Virus record (IMG/VR): IMGVR_UViG_3300044960_000113
Span: 96,001-160,000 of that record
Reading direction: 5' to 3' (one strand)
DNA from: a virus
DNA: 64,000 nucleotides
Shown: positions 54,432-64,000 of the stretch, one piece after another
Position numbering within the stretch: position 1 is the first letter of the stretch
Layout of the letters: the number at the start of each line of letters is the position of its first letter
The notes under the pieces: generated by a model
What the model was told of the DNA's origin: nothing
The model's input: the letters and a program-made list of their open reading frames with translations, nothing else
Databases searched by the model: none
Translations under genes and position numbers: made by a program

Positions 54432-54971
54432 TTATTCAATTACAACTTCACCATTAGGATAAAATACAACAATTACACGTTGACCAGGTGCAAATGGAAT
54501 AGTTGAACTAGCAATCACCTCTGTTTGCCCAGTCGAATCACGAACATATACATTATACATTTGAACCATTCGTTGAGAACAAACTTGACGTTGTGTATAT
54601 TGCATTGATGGAGGTACATACTGATATTGAGGATGATTATTGCTACTAATAGTATCACCAATTACTGATCCGGCGATCGCGCCCGCACCAGTTGCAGCAG
54701 CTTTTCCGGAACCTTTACCAAATCTGCTACCAACTAGTGCACCAATAACACCTCCAGTAATTGCACCGGTATATGAATGTTCTTGTTGATATTGGTTATA
54801 GCCATATTGTGGTTGTTGAATTGGAACATTTTCAACCCAACATTGATTGACCTGTCTTACAAAACTTGGTGTTGTCTGAATAACATCACCTGAAATTCTA
54901 CGGGTATATGTTTGTGCTAGTGTTGTGGAAACAAACAAAATCATCAATGTGATAAATGTGAAAATTTTCAT
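54432..54971 (-). CDS. Glycine-zipper 2TM envelope protein (YcfJ-like)
   Basis: Signal peptide; GAITGGVIGALVGSRFGKGSGKAAATGAGAIAGSVIG. Confidence 0.85.
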   Translation of the reverse strand: MKIFTFITLMILFVSTTLAQTYTRRISGDVIQTTPSFVRQVNQCWVENVPIQQPQYGYNQYQQEHSYTGAITGGVIGALVGSRFGKGSGKAAATGAGAIAGSVIGDTISSNNHPQYQYVPPSMQYTQRQVCSQRMVQMYNVYVRDSTGQTEVIASSTIPFAPGQRVIVVFYPNGEVVIE

Positions 54972-55018
54972 TTTATATACTCCTTTACGTGTTAAAATAA
55001 TTCACTTAAATTTATTTA

Positions 55019-55216
55019 TTAAATCAATCCATTCATCTTATTCCACATTTCTGCATATTCACGAGCATGAGTAAATGCGTAATCATCAGATTGTGGATCA
55101 AAACGCATAATCAAATTATTGCCTACAAACACGTTAGGTCCAATTGCTTCTGCTTTAGGGCGATCTTCTCCACAATAATATTCTCCTTCTGGACAATCAT
55201 CGACCAGGTCTCGCAT
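55019..55216 (-). CDS. Hypothetical protein
   Basis: ORF with GGAG RBS. Confidence 0.5.
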   Translation of the reverse strand: MRDLVDDCPEGEYYCGEDRPKAEAIGPNVFVGNNLIMRFDPQSDDYAFTHAREYAEMWNKMNGLI

Positions 55217-55360
55217 AATTAATATCTCCTTTCATCATTGATTTATATGAATATATAATATCACATTTTTAGTAAAAAGTAAATATATAAAAATATGTAT
55301 ATAAATCAATAAATTATATTTATATACATTTGATCTTTATAATTATAAAGTTATTTTATA

Positions 55361-56167
55361 TTAAATATTAATCAATTTATTAATATCAAATCCTCGTGTT
55401 ATTGGATCTGTTTCATATCCTTCATATCCACGTGGGTTACAAACAACATGAGTATTACCAATAGTATATTCACATGACATATGTGTATGACCGTGAATGA
55501 TAATATCTGGCTCATGTTTAAGAATTTCTTCTGTCATTTCAGAAGAAAAGAACATATTAAGTTTATTTTCCTTGTATATTGGATGAATTGATTTATTTGA
55601 CACACCATGATGGACAACAACGACGGTTTTCTTTCCATCTTTTTTAAATTTATCAACTTCAGACCAAATAAAATTTTTGGCTAATTCATGATCATTCCAT
55701 GTATCTTCAGCTAAAAATTTACGCTCAAAAGCAAAATTACCATTTCTAATAACACGTGCATCTGTCATTGTTTGTTGCCATAAAATATGGGCAGATGGAT
55801 TCTTTTTATCACAATCAGTCCATAATGTTGCACCAATGAAAGCAACATTATCAATAACAATTGATGATTTTTCTAAAATAGAAACGTTATAAATGTTATA
55901 ATGATTCCATGCATTTCTAAATTTTTCTTCTGTTAATTGAAATGCACCATAATAATGTTCATGGTTACCAAAAATCATAACAACGTGTTTAAATTGATTT
56001 GCACAGCGCGAAATAAATGGTAAAAATCTTTCATGAAGATGATTATCTTTATGAACAATACCAGTATCTCCAGCCAAAACTAGAATTGTATTTTTGTCTT
56101 CTTGAGAATTTGGAATAATAAAATCACCAAATTCTAAATGAATATCTGATAATGGTTTAATTAACAT
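55361..56167 (-). CDS. Calcineurin-like metallophosphoesterase
   Basis: SDIHLEF, LAGD, GNHE, GATLWTD, VVVHH, IHGHTH, NPRGY. Confidence 0.92.
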   Translation of the reverse strand: MLIKPLSDIHLEFGDFIIPNSQEDKNTILVLAGDTGIVHKDNHLHERFLPFISRCANQFKHVVMIFGNHEHYYGAFQLTEEKFRNAWNHYNIYNVSILEKSSIVIDNVAFIGATLWTDCDKKNPSAHILWQQTMTDARVIRNGNFAFERKFLAEDTWNDHELAKNFIWSEVDKFKKDGKKTVVVVHHGVSNKSIHPIYKENKLNMFFSSEMTEEILKHEPDIIIHGHTHMSCEYTIGNTHVVCNPRGYEGYETDPITRGFDINKLINI

Positions 56168-56372
56168 GTTTTTCCATCAAGCTACAATATTCGTCAATAA
56201 TCTTTTTAGATTCGGTCAAAGAAACGTTAAAGGTTTTGTAATGTTTCAAAACAGCTTCAACTTTAAGACCAGCGTGAACAAGATCCTGCCAAGTATAGTC
56301 ACTTTTCAAAAGTTCATCCTTAGCAGTATTATAAGCATGTTTAACAGCCTTAAACGTTTCGATATTCATCAT
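56157..56372 (-). CDS. Hypothetical protein
   Basis: ORF track. Confidence 0.5.
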   Translation of the reverse strand: MMNIETFKAVKHAYNTAKDELLKSDYTWQDLVHAGLKVEAVLKHYKTFNVSLTESKKIIDEYCSLMEKHVN

Positions 56373-56481
56373 CGCCTATGGTATATGGGTTAATATTGAC
56401 ATTATAACACAAAAATAAAGAAAAGTATATAAAATATTTATTTAATATTATTAATTTTTTTAATAAAGATAGTTAAAATAA

Positions 56482-56760
56482 AATGCAAGCTGATTTGATG
56501 ACAAGGACAGCTTGCGAAACCTCGTGGTGATTACGCTGCTAGGCGCATCTCTCCAAAATATTCATCATTTGCTGCATTTATTTTAGTTTTGTCTTCTCAA
56601 TAACGGCTTTAGACATTGCCGAGCGCCTTTTATTAGTACTAATCGTTACCACGTCGAAACCATATACCACCCCATATTAAAATTTTAATCTATTGGTGGA
56701 GTGGGCGGGAATCGAACCCGCGTCCGCAATAACTTTCCCTTATAAAAGGTTTACGCTGTT
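56482..56760 (-). ncRNA. ssrA: Two-piece (circularly permuted) tmRNA
   Basis: Acceptor piece ..GACGCGGGTTCGATTCCCGCCCACTCCACCA (ends 56694) precedes coding piece GGGGTGG..TTCGAC (starts 56673); G3-U70; tag ANDEYFGEMRLAA* at 56531-56572. Outer ends approximate. Confidence 0.93.
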
Positions 56761-56814
56761 TTACTACATTTACACAAACGCCAATTTGTGTTCTTTATTT
56801 GTTATATTTATATT

Positions 56815-56843
56815 ATTATAATACAAAAAAATCAAAATGTAAA
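56815..56843 (-). promoter_or_regulatory. Sigma70-like promoter of tmRNA
   Basis: TTTACA-17 nt-TATAAT. Confidence 0.7.
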
Positions 56844-56990
56844 TATTAAAATTCTGCTACTGGTTTAAAACCATTTCTTCTAACGCTTTTTCTAGTTGAG
56901 AACTAGACATGTTCATTATAACTTTTTTAATATTATTTTCTACATCATTAACAAATTCTTTTAATAACATAATTAAATCCTCTTTAAAAA

Positions 56991-57677
56991 TTAATCGTCT
57001 GATGACCATTCATATGTAGTAAATTTTTTGTTTACCCAATCAATATTTACTGCAGTACCTGTTGAGTGTCCCCAACTATCTGGTTTAGAAGATTTAATAA
57101 ATCCCGACAAATTAACCATTTTCTCAAAATCATTTTCATCTGGAACATTTTCAAACTTATTATCAATAAACCATTGTCTTAATTCTTTTGTTTTTTTATC
57201 ATGTATTAATTGTGCTAAATTATCTTTAATTGCTTTTTTAGCTGCAGGTGGTAAACGTTTTTCTAAATCTATTGCTATTTTTTTAAAATAATCATCATAA
57301 AATTTAGTTTGTGCATCTTTAATTTCTTTAGCATATTTTTGCATATCTTCTGATTTTGATAAATCTTCGTCGTAAAACCATTCTGCATTTTTTCCAGATG
57401 GTGATTTTCCTTTTATCATCCATACCATCTTACGAACATTACCATCTTTAACATATGATTTTGTTAAGCCTTTTGGTAAAATTTGCCATTTATCGGGTGA
57501 CACATTTATAATTGCATAACCTAAATTAGTTTTTACTTTAATAGCACGTTGTGGTGTTACTTTTGCGTAATTAACAATATCCATTAAATCTATTTTTGGA
57601 TAACTTTTATGCGTTGCCCATATTTGATCTTCATATGAAGATAATTGATATTCTGGAAAATTCCATATTCTAGACAT
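56991..57677 (-). CDS. Hypothetical protein
   Basis: Long ORF. Confidence 0.6.
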   Translation of the reverse strand: MSRIWNFPEYQLSSYEDQIWATHKSYPKIDLMDIVNYAKVTPQRAIKVKTNLGYAIINVSPDKWQILPKGLTKSYVKDGNVRKMVWMIKGKSPSGKNAEWFYDEDLSKSEDMQKYAKEIKDAQTKFYDDYFKKIAIDLEKRLPPAAKKAIKDNLAQLIHDKKTKELRQWFIDNKFENVPDENDFEKMVNLSGFIKSSKPDSWGHSTGTAVNIDWVNKKFTTYEWSSDD

Positions 57678-57734
57678 ATATTATTTCCTTTTTTATTAAG
57701 TAACTTATATTAATTTCTAAAATTTTACTATTAT

Positions 57735-58163
57735 TTATAATAAATTTTTGATATTTTGATAAAATTTTTCATTATAATAATAAATCCACAAATCTATGTC
57801 ATTGCTAACATAATCCCAATGTCGTCCACTTGCGAAAGAAATAATATTAATAATTTCATCTAATTGTTTTATTTCATCACCAATTTTATCATAATTATAA
57901 TATTCTCTTGAATCAGTTTCAATTGGAATATTAATTAAATTCATTGTTAAACTTAATACAAAAATTTTATAGGCAACATTTTGTATTGCTTGAATATATC
58001 CTTTTTCTGATAATTTTTCAACAACACCAAGTTCGATGGCTCTATTTGAAACTTTTTTAAATTCTTTAGGATTATCCTTTATTCTTTCAATAATTTTACA
58101 AACAATTTTATTTTCTTCATCAAATGGGTTTATGTCAAATTCTTCAAAAATATTATTATTCAT
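57735..58163 (-). CDS. Hypothetical protein
   Basis: ORF track. Confidence 0.5.
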   Translation of the reverse strand: MNNNIFEEFDINPFDEENKIVCKIIERIKDNPKEFKKVSNRAIELGVVEKLSEKGYIQAIQNVAYKIFVLSLTMNLINIPIETDSREYYNYDKIGDEIKQLDEIINIISFASGRHWDYVSNDIDLWIYYYNEKFYQNIKNLL

Positions 58164-58175
58164 AAAATTTATTAT

Positions 58176-58991
58176 TTAATCTAAACGTAGTGTTAAACAT
58201 TTAGCACTTCCACCAGCCTTCATAAATTCAGACAATGAAGTTTCTACTATATTATAACCTATATCTGACATTTTTTGTTTAAAATATTTAGAACAACCTG
58301 AATTAACTATAATATTATTATTCACTTCAACAGCGTTACATACGAAATTATAAGCGTCTTCATCATTAACGCAAATTGCTTTATCTCCAAAAATTAAATC
58401 AATAATATAATTAGAATAATCATCAAAAGCTTTATCATAATATACCACATGACCAGATTGTAGTGGGCAAAAACATGTATCTAAATGATAAAAATTATCT
58501 TTAATTAATCTTAATTGTCTAACTGTTATTTCATCACCATAAAATTCTTCTACATATTTTTTTGCATTAATAGATGAACGAAAACCAAAACCTAACCATG
58601 CTATAGGTCTAAACGGATCTAGTAAACAATCTCCAGCACCTTCAAATTTTATGTTTTCTGGAATTTCATAAATTGAATATCCAACGTCATTTATCATCTT
58701 CTTTATATGTGGAATTTCTCTAGTTCGTTCTTCAAAGAAGAAATTAGATAATAAACATTTTTTATTTTTAACTATACCATAATTTGCGGTAAAAACAATA
58801 TCTGGTATAACATTATCATATATGTTAAAATAATATATTTCTGCGCCAGAATTTTCTAATTTAGAACGAAGAGTGATAAATTCATTATATGCTTTTTCTG
58901 TATCAACATTATGTTGTTGATTATGCATCCATGGATTAATATCATAATTCACCTGATATGAATTATTCCAACACATTAAAAAATTAATCAT
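58176..58991 (-). CDS. Amidinotransferase / DDAH-like (pentein) enzyme
   Basis: PDIVFTANYG, FEGAGD, FYHLDTCF, GGSAKCLTL. Confidence 0.9.
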   Translation of the reverse strand: MINFLMCWNNSYQVNYDINPWMHNQQHNVDTEKAYNEFITLRSKLENSGAEIYYFNIYDNVIPDIVFTANYGIVKNKKCLLSNFFFEERTREIPHIKKMINDVGYSIYEIPENIKFEGAGDCLLDPFRPIAWLGFGFRSSINAKKYVEEFYGDEITVRQLRLIKDNFYHLDTCFCPLQSGHVVYYDKAFDDYSNYIIDLIFGDKAICVNDEDAYNFVCNAVEVNNNIIVNSGCSKYFKQKMSDIGYNIVETSLSEFMKAGGSAKCLTLRLD

Positions 58992-59072
58992 TTTTAATAC
59001 CCAATCTAAATTTAAATCCTCTATATATTCTTCATAAAATTTTAACTTTGTTTTTATTTGCTTTTATTTGTT

Positions 59073-59294
59073 TTATTCTCTTGAATTATTACACATGTTT
59101 TTATATTTATCTAATTGAATTTCTAATTTTCTAATTTTCTTATTAGCATTTATTAAATCATTATATCTTTCATCATATTCAACTATTAAGCGTGACAATT
59201 CATTATTATTAGCAATTAATTCTTGTCTTTCTTCATTGAGAAGATAAACAAAAATAGTCATAATGATAGAATAAAGTAATAATATGTATTTCAC
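59073..59294 (-). CDS. Small membrane-anchored coiled-coil protein
   Basis: N-terminal TM plus coiled coil. Confidence 0.5.
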   Translation of the reverse strand: MKYILLLYSIIMTIFVYLLNEERQELIANNNELSRLIVEYDERYNDLINANKKIRKLEIQLDKYKNMCNNSRE

Positions 59295-59309
59295 GTATTT
59301 TTATATATA

Positions 59310-60737
59310 TTATTTTCTGTAATAAATGTCTTTAAAACGAATAATATCATCTTCACCAAGATATTCACCCATTTGAATTTCAATTATAATAAGATCAGAC
59401 GAACCTGAGTTACTAAGACAATGAATTTCACCTATAGGAACAAATATAGATTCATTTTTATTTAAAAAAAATTCTTTATCACCTTTAATTATTTTAGCAG
59501 TGCCCTGTACAACAACCCAATGTTCACTACGATAATTATGTTTTTGCAAACTTAATGATTCACCAGGTTTAATAATAAGTTGTTTTACTTTATAATTATT
59601 ATTTTCTAATAAAATAGAATATGTACCCCACGGTCTATGTATAGTTCTATGAAATTTATAAGTTTCATGTCCTCTTGATTTAAGTTCATTATAAATTTTT
59701 TTGACGTTTTGCGATTTACTTTTAGATGTAATTAATAATGCATCTTGTGTATCTACAACTATAAGATTTTCAATACCAATAGCTGCTATTAGTTTATTTT
59801 CACTGTTAAAATAACAGTTTTCAACATTATCTAATATAACTTCTCCAACAATTTGATTACCATTTACATCACGGTCAACTAAACTACTAAATTCTGCCCA
59901 AGAACCTACGTCTTGCCAACCAATATCGCATTTAATGACAGTTGCTTTTTGTGTTTTTTCCAAAATAGCGTAATCAATAGAATTTTCTGGAACTTTATTA
60001 AAATTTTCACTATCGAGTTCGCAAAATGTAAAATTTTCATCCTGAATAATTTTTGAATTTATCAAACATTCATTTACTGTTTCTAATATTATAGGACAAT
60101 ATTTATTCATCTCTTCAAACATAATAGATGCTTTAAAACACAGCATTCCGGAATTCCATAAAAAATTATCGTTTTTTATAAAAGATGTTGCTGTAAGAAT
60201 ATCTGGTTTTTCTATAAAACGTATTACTTTATTATTTTCTTCATTTACTTCAATATAACCATATTCAGTTTTTGGACTATCTGGTTTAATTCCAAATAAT
60301 ACTAAATTATCTTATTCTGCTAATGTAATTGCGCGTTTGATTGCATCAATATGATTTATTTTATTTTGAATTAAATGATCAGAATTTAAAATAATTAAAA
60401 TTGAATTTTCATTTTCTTTAATTAAATATAACGTTGCTGCAGCTATTGCTGCTGCTGTGCCACGACCAAATGGCTCTAATATAAATGATAGTGGTATTTT
60501 ATTATAGTTAATATTTTTATATTCATCCTTTATTTTAAATAATAATTCTCTATTAGTAATAGTAAATATTTTAGAAATATTAGGAATTATTGATGCATTA
60601 AAAAATGCTTTTTGTAATAAACTTTGACCATCATTTAATTTAATAAACGGTTTTGGGTACATTTCACGTGAAATTGGCCATAATCTAGAACCAACACCAC
60701 CACATAATATAATTGGAATTAAAGGATAATTTTGCAT
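59310..60737 (-). pseudogene. manC: Mannose-1-P guanylyltransferase/phosphomannose isomerase interrupted by one in-frame TAA
   Basis: ILCGGVGSRLWP.SR..PKPF; after TAA (60312-60314) the frame continues LFGIKPD..EYGYI..FIEKPD..WNSGM; GWQDVGSW; cupin RPWG, LSLQKH..RSEHW. Confidence 0.88.
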
Positions 60738-60893
60738 ACTTTATATTTAAAAACATGTGACTATTTTTTATTTAATATAAAAAATATTTTTAAAATTGAT
60801 TCAATCTAAAATGAATTTTGGAATATTTATATATAAAAATAATTTTTATTTAAAACACGCAAAAACGTTTATAAATAATTTTATTCATAAATA

Positions 60894-61976
60894 ATGTTTT
60901 TGATTAAAATGATAGATATTTTATTTATTTCTAAGTATAGAGAATCAAAATCAAAATGGGAAGATCCAAGAACTATTAATCCTAAAAATAAATTATTATC
61001 TTCTGGATTATTTAATAGTTTAAACTTTTTAAAAAATGCATTAATAGATGTTGGGATAACATGTGCTTATGAGCATGTTATTGATAGTAATTATATATAC
61101 AAAGAAATAAACAAATATAAACCTAAAGTTGTTATAATAGAAGCATTATGGGCAATGCCAGCCAAATTTGTAGAATTATCAAAGATATATCCAAATATTA
61201 AGTGGGTATTAAGATTACATAGTGATTTACCGTTTATTGCAAATGAGGGAATTTTTACACAATGGTTTTTTCAATATTTAAATATTAAAAATATGTTTAT
61301 AAGTTGTAATAGTCAAAGAATGTTTTCATCATTAAAGCATTTTGTGACAAAAGATAAATTATTATATCTTCCTAATTATTATCCACTGGATGAATATAAT
61401 GAAAAACCAAAAATTAGAAATTTAGATGATAGAAATATTTTAAACATTGGGTGCTTTGGAGCAATTAGAAATCTTAAAAATCAACTTTTTCAAGCATTTG
61501 CTGCAATTGAAATTGCTGATAAATTAGGAAAAACATTAAATTTTCATATTAATGCTACAAGAATAGAGGGTAAATCAGAATCTGTAATTAAAAATATTAA
61601 AAATTTATTTGAGCATAATAAAAGACATAATTTAATTTCACATTATTGGATGGATCATTCAACATTTTTAGATATTATTTCAAATTTAGATATTTCACTA
61701 CAAATTAGTTTAACTGAAACATTTAATATTATTGCAGCAGATAGTGTTAACAGAAACGTTCCAACAATAGTATCAAACGAAATTTATTGGGCAGATAATA
61801 AATTTAAAGTAGAACCAACCAACTATGACGATTTATTAAATAAAATGTTTTTTATATTTGATAATAAAGATAATGATATGATTTATCTAGATAATAAACG
61901 CGCATTAAAACAATATTGTGATAATGTAATACCTACCTGGAAATTAGAACTTAATAAAATTTATAGTACATTATAA
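60894..61976 (+). CDS. GT-B fold glycosyltransferase-like protein
   Basis: IGCFGAIRNLKN, SLTETFNIIAAD (E-x7-D), VPTIVS. Confidence 0.65.
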   Translation: MFLIKMIDILFISKYRESKSKWEDPRTINPKNKLLSSGLFNSLNFLKNALIDVGITCAYEHVIDSNYIYKEINKYKPKVVIIEALWAMPAKFVELSKIYPNIKWVLRLHSDLPFIANEGIFTQWFFQYLNIKNMFISCNSQRMFSSLKHFVTKDKLLYLPNYYPLDEYNEKPKIRNLDDRNILNIGCFGAIRNLKNQLFQAFAAIEIADKLGKTLNFHINATRIEGKSESVIKNIKNLFEHNKRHNLISHYWMDHSTFLDIISNLDISLQISLTETFNIIAADSVNRNVPTIVSNEIYWADNKFKVEPTNYDDLLNKMFFIFDNKDNDMIYLDNKRALKQYCDNVIPTWKLELNKIYSTL

Positions 61977-62053
61977 TATAGAAATATAAGAATTTAATAT
62001 AATATATTATTTAAAAATTTATTTCCTATACCACTACACATAATTCAACAAAT

Positions 62054-62278
62054 TTATAATATTTTTTTCTCTTTAATTAACGTCTCAAAAATATAAAACA
62101 TTTGGTCAAATTTAAGATCATATAAACCTTTTATTCCTAAAAGTATATTTACTATTTCATCGTTTGATAAATTTTTATCACTAATTCCTTCAATTAATGA
62201 ATTTATATCTGACGTAATGTTCCAACATTCCATAATTTTTTGTTCTAATTCAAATCTATCAGTCATATTAACCTCCAT
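62054..62278 (-). CDS. Conserved hypothetical phage protein
   Basis: DRFELEQKIM.CW..L.GI..LY..KF. Confidence 0.6.
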   Translation of the reverse strand: MEVNMTDRFELEQKIMECWNITSDINSLIEGISDKNLSNDEIVNILLGIKGLYDLKFDQMFYIFETLIKEKKIL

Positions 62279-62762
62279 TTATGTTTTTAATAATAAAACG
62301 AACTTCCATAATACATTTTCCTAATAAGTTCTGACCACGCCATCGATCTGGATTAGTAGCATCTATATTATTTTCACCAATACCAATTCCCCAAATTTTA
62401 TCATATGGACTAGCTTCAACTAAAATTTTGTCTCCAGTTGCCAAAAGTTTTTCTTTTAATTTTTCATTTTGATTAAATTTATTGATATTGCCTTGAATGA
62501 CTACAGCTTCTTTAATTTTATCCCAATATGATGAATCAAAATTTTTGATTTTTCTACCTATTGCTTTAGCCTCTTTAGATGTTTTAGCTTTTAAAATTTT
62601 TTCTGCAGATTTTAAATCTTCAAATGTTGTTGCTTTTCTGTGAATCATGAAATGCTCTGCTGTTGGAAACGTTATTCCATTTACAATAAATTTAGATGGA
62701 TACCATTGCGATAACCAATCTTTTTCACCAAAAAAGAAAATAAATTTATCTGTCTCTCTCAT
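62268..62762 (-). CDS. NADAR (YbiA-like) N-glycosidase
   Basis: LSQWY, TAEHF, LVEASPYDKIWGIG, GQNLLGK. Confidence 0.92.
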   Translation of the reverse strand: MRETDKFIFFFGEKDWLSQWYPSKFIVNGITFPTAEHFMIHRKATTFEDLKSAEKILKAKTSKEAKAIGRKIKNFDSSYWDKIKEAVVIQGNINKFNQNEKLKEKLLATGDKILVEASPYDKIWGIGIGENNIDATNPDRWRGQNLLGKCIMEVRFIIKNINGG

Positions 62763-62763
62763 A

Positions 62764-63321
62764 TCATATCTCTATTTTTTGATACCACGATGGTATCAAT
62801 CCATGTTTCCATTTAGCAATATGTTGTTTAGTAGAATTAAAATATAGTTGATATGATTTTTCGCAATAATCAATTTCAGATTTATCTAATTTATATTCAA
62901 TTGGCATTGCTCTAAATGGACTTGTAAATAAATTTTTTGGTATTGAAAATGGAACATTTTTTAAATATGGAATCAATCTAGAACATGAATGAATTTTATT
63001 ATATCTTTTAGAATATTCATCTAATAAATTTATCCACAATGTATAAAGCCACATATAATTAGAATCTGATTGTCTAACCCATTTTGCCGATGGATGATTA
63101 ATATGTGTTGCTTTATATAAATTTGATTCCATATCAACATCTATTAATTTAAAATATTTTTGTTTCCTATTTTTTTGATCACGTATTTCTAATACACCAT
63201 CTAAAACTCTATGTGCTGTTGATAATAATTGTGCATATTCTATAATCATTTTAATACAGTGTTTATCACAATGTTGTTGTGCACATATTTTTGGATCTTT
63301 ATTAAAAAAGAAAATATTCAT
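62764..63321 (-). CDS. Pyrimidine-dimer DNA glycosylase (DenV-like) family
   Basis: MNIF..DP..AQQHCDKH..KM..EYAQLL, YKATHINHPSAKW. Confidence 0.75.
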   Translation of the reverse strand: MNIFFFNKDPKICAQQHCDKHCIKMIIEYAQLLSTAHRVLDGVLEIRDQKNRKQKYFKLIDVDMESNLYKATHINHPSAKWVRQSDSNYMWLYTLWINLLDEYSKRYNKIHSCSRLIPYLKNVPFSIPKNLFTSPFRAMPIEYKLDKSEIDYCEKSYQLYFNSTKQHIAKWKHGLIPSWYQKIEI

Positions 63322-63401
63322 TTTAAATATTTTATGTTTATAATTTCCTAATTGATATATTCTTTACAAAATGAATAATTATAACATAAAACCTTTTAAA
63401 T

Positions 63402-64000
63402 TTATTTTATTTCATAACGATCATATACTGGATTATGTTGTTGATTAACACGAATGAATGTTGTGCGTTTAGGAAGCTCTTTAATCGATTTACTTCCTGT
63501 ATAAGTACATGCGCTACGTAATCCACCCAAAAAATCTAGAACAGTGTTTTTAACTTCACCTTTATATGGAAGCAATACTTTTTTTCCTTCACTTGATCGA
63601 TAATTGTTAACACCACCATAATATTTTTCCATTGCAGTAGATGAACTCATACCATAAAAATAGACACCTTTAATATTTCCATCTTTATCATATACCAAAT
63701 TTTCTTCTCCTGCTTCTTTATGCCCAGCTAACATACTACCTAACATAACAAAATCGGCACCACCACCAAATGCTTTTGCAATATCTCCAGGAACTACACA
63801 ACCACCATCACTAATAATATGTCCACCTAAACCATGTGCGGCATCAGCACATTCAATAACAGCTGATAATTGTGGATATCCAACACCCGTCTTAATACGA
63901 GTGGTACACACCGACCCTCCACCTATGCCTACCTTAATTAAATCTGCACCTTCTAGGATAAGTGCCTCGGTCATCTCAGGTGTTACCACATTTCCAGCAA
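63402..64000 (-). CDS. guaC: GMP reductase (5' part outside the window)
   Basis: [51 protein letters not shown]. Confidence 0.93.
   Translation of the reverse strand, partial: AGNVVTPEMTEALILEGADLIKVGIGGGSVCTTRIKTGVGYPQLSAVIECADAAHGLGGHIISDGGCVVPGDIAKAFGGGADFVMLGSMLAGHKEAGEENLVYDKDGNIKGVYFYGMSSSTAMEKYYGGVNNYRSSEGKKVLLPYKGEVKNTVLDFLGGLRSACTYTGSKSIKELPKRTTFIRVNQQHNPVYDRYEIK

Noticed and set aside
1268-63000. Many short plus-strand ORFs antisense to long minus-strand genes (e.g. 3819-4163, 31949-32329, 33685-34133)
   Set aside because: Shadow ORFs of real genes with low-complexity, atypical composition
1-64000. Stop-codon reassignment
   Set aside because: Long genes are intact in the standard code, TAG/TGA/TAA all end genes, and no suppressor tRNA was found; the manC TAA is isolated

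Overview
A 64-kb segment of a very AT-rich jumbo (T4-like/myovirus-type) bacteriophage genome, almost entirely encoded on the minus strand. It is an accessory/host-takeover region with sigma70-like early promoters (TTTACW-17-TATAAT) and T4-type late promoters (TATAAATA). Protein content: a complete PrkA(YeaG)-YeaH-SpoVR(YcgB) triad, DHFR, bactofilin, a PAS-PAS-GGDEF-EAL c-di-GMP enzyme, two genes fractured by naturally split inteins (RNA ligase, class II ribonucleotide reductase), a TnpB element, CCA-adding enzyme, FabF, radical SAM, NADAR, Nudix, GMP reductase, and a dozen small proteins sharing an MKxxEL/MKxFKQF..E leader. RNA content is unusually rich: about 37 tRNA genes (many non-canonical), a group I intron in tRNA-Leu, a tRNA(CAU) split by a free-standing endonuclease that rebuilds the tRNA 5' half from its own coding tail, a two-piece (permuted) tmRNA, and a compact ~219-nt RNase P RNA. 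Features absent from the ORF track include an ArfA-like ribosome-rescue peptide, three leader-peptide/terminator units in front of tRNA arrays, and several unexplained structured RNAs. All calls come from motif recognition and manual folding; no database searches were run.
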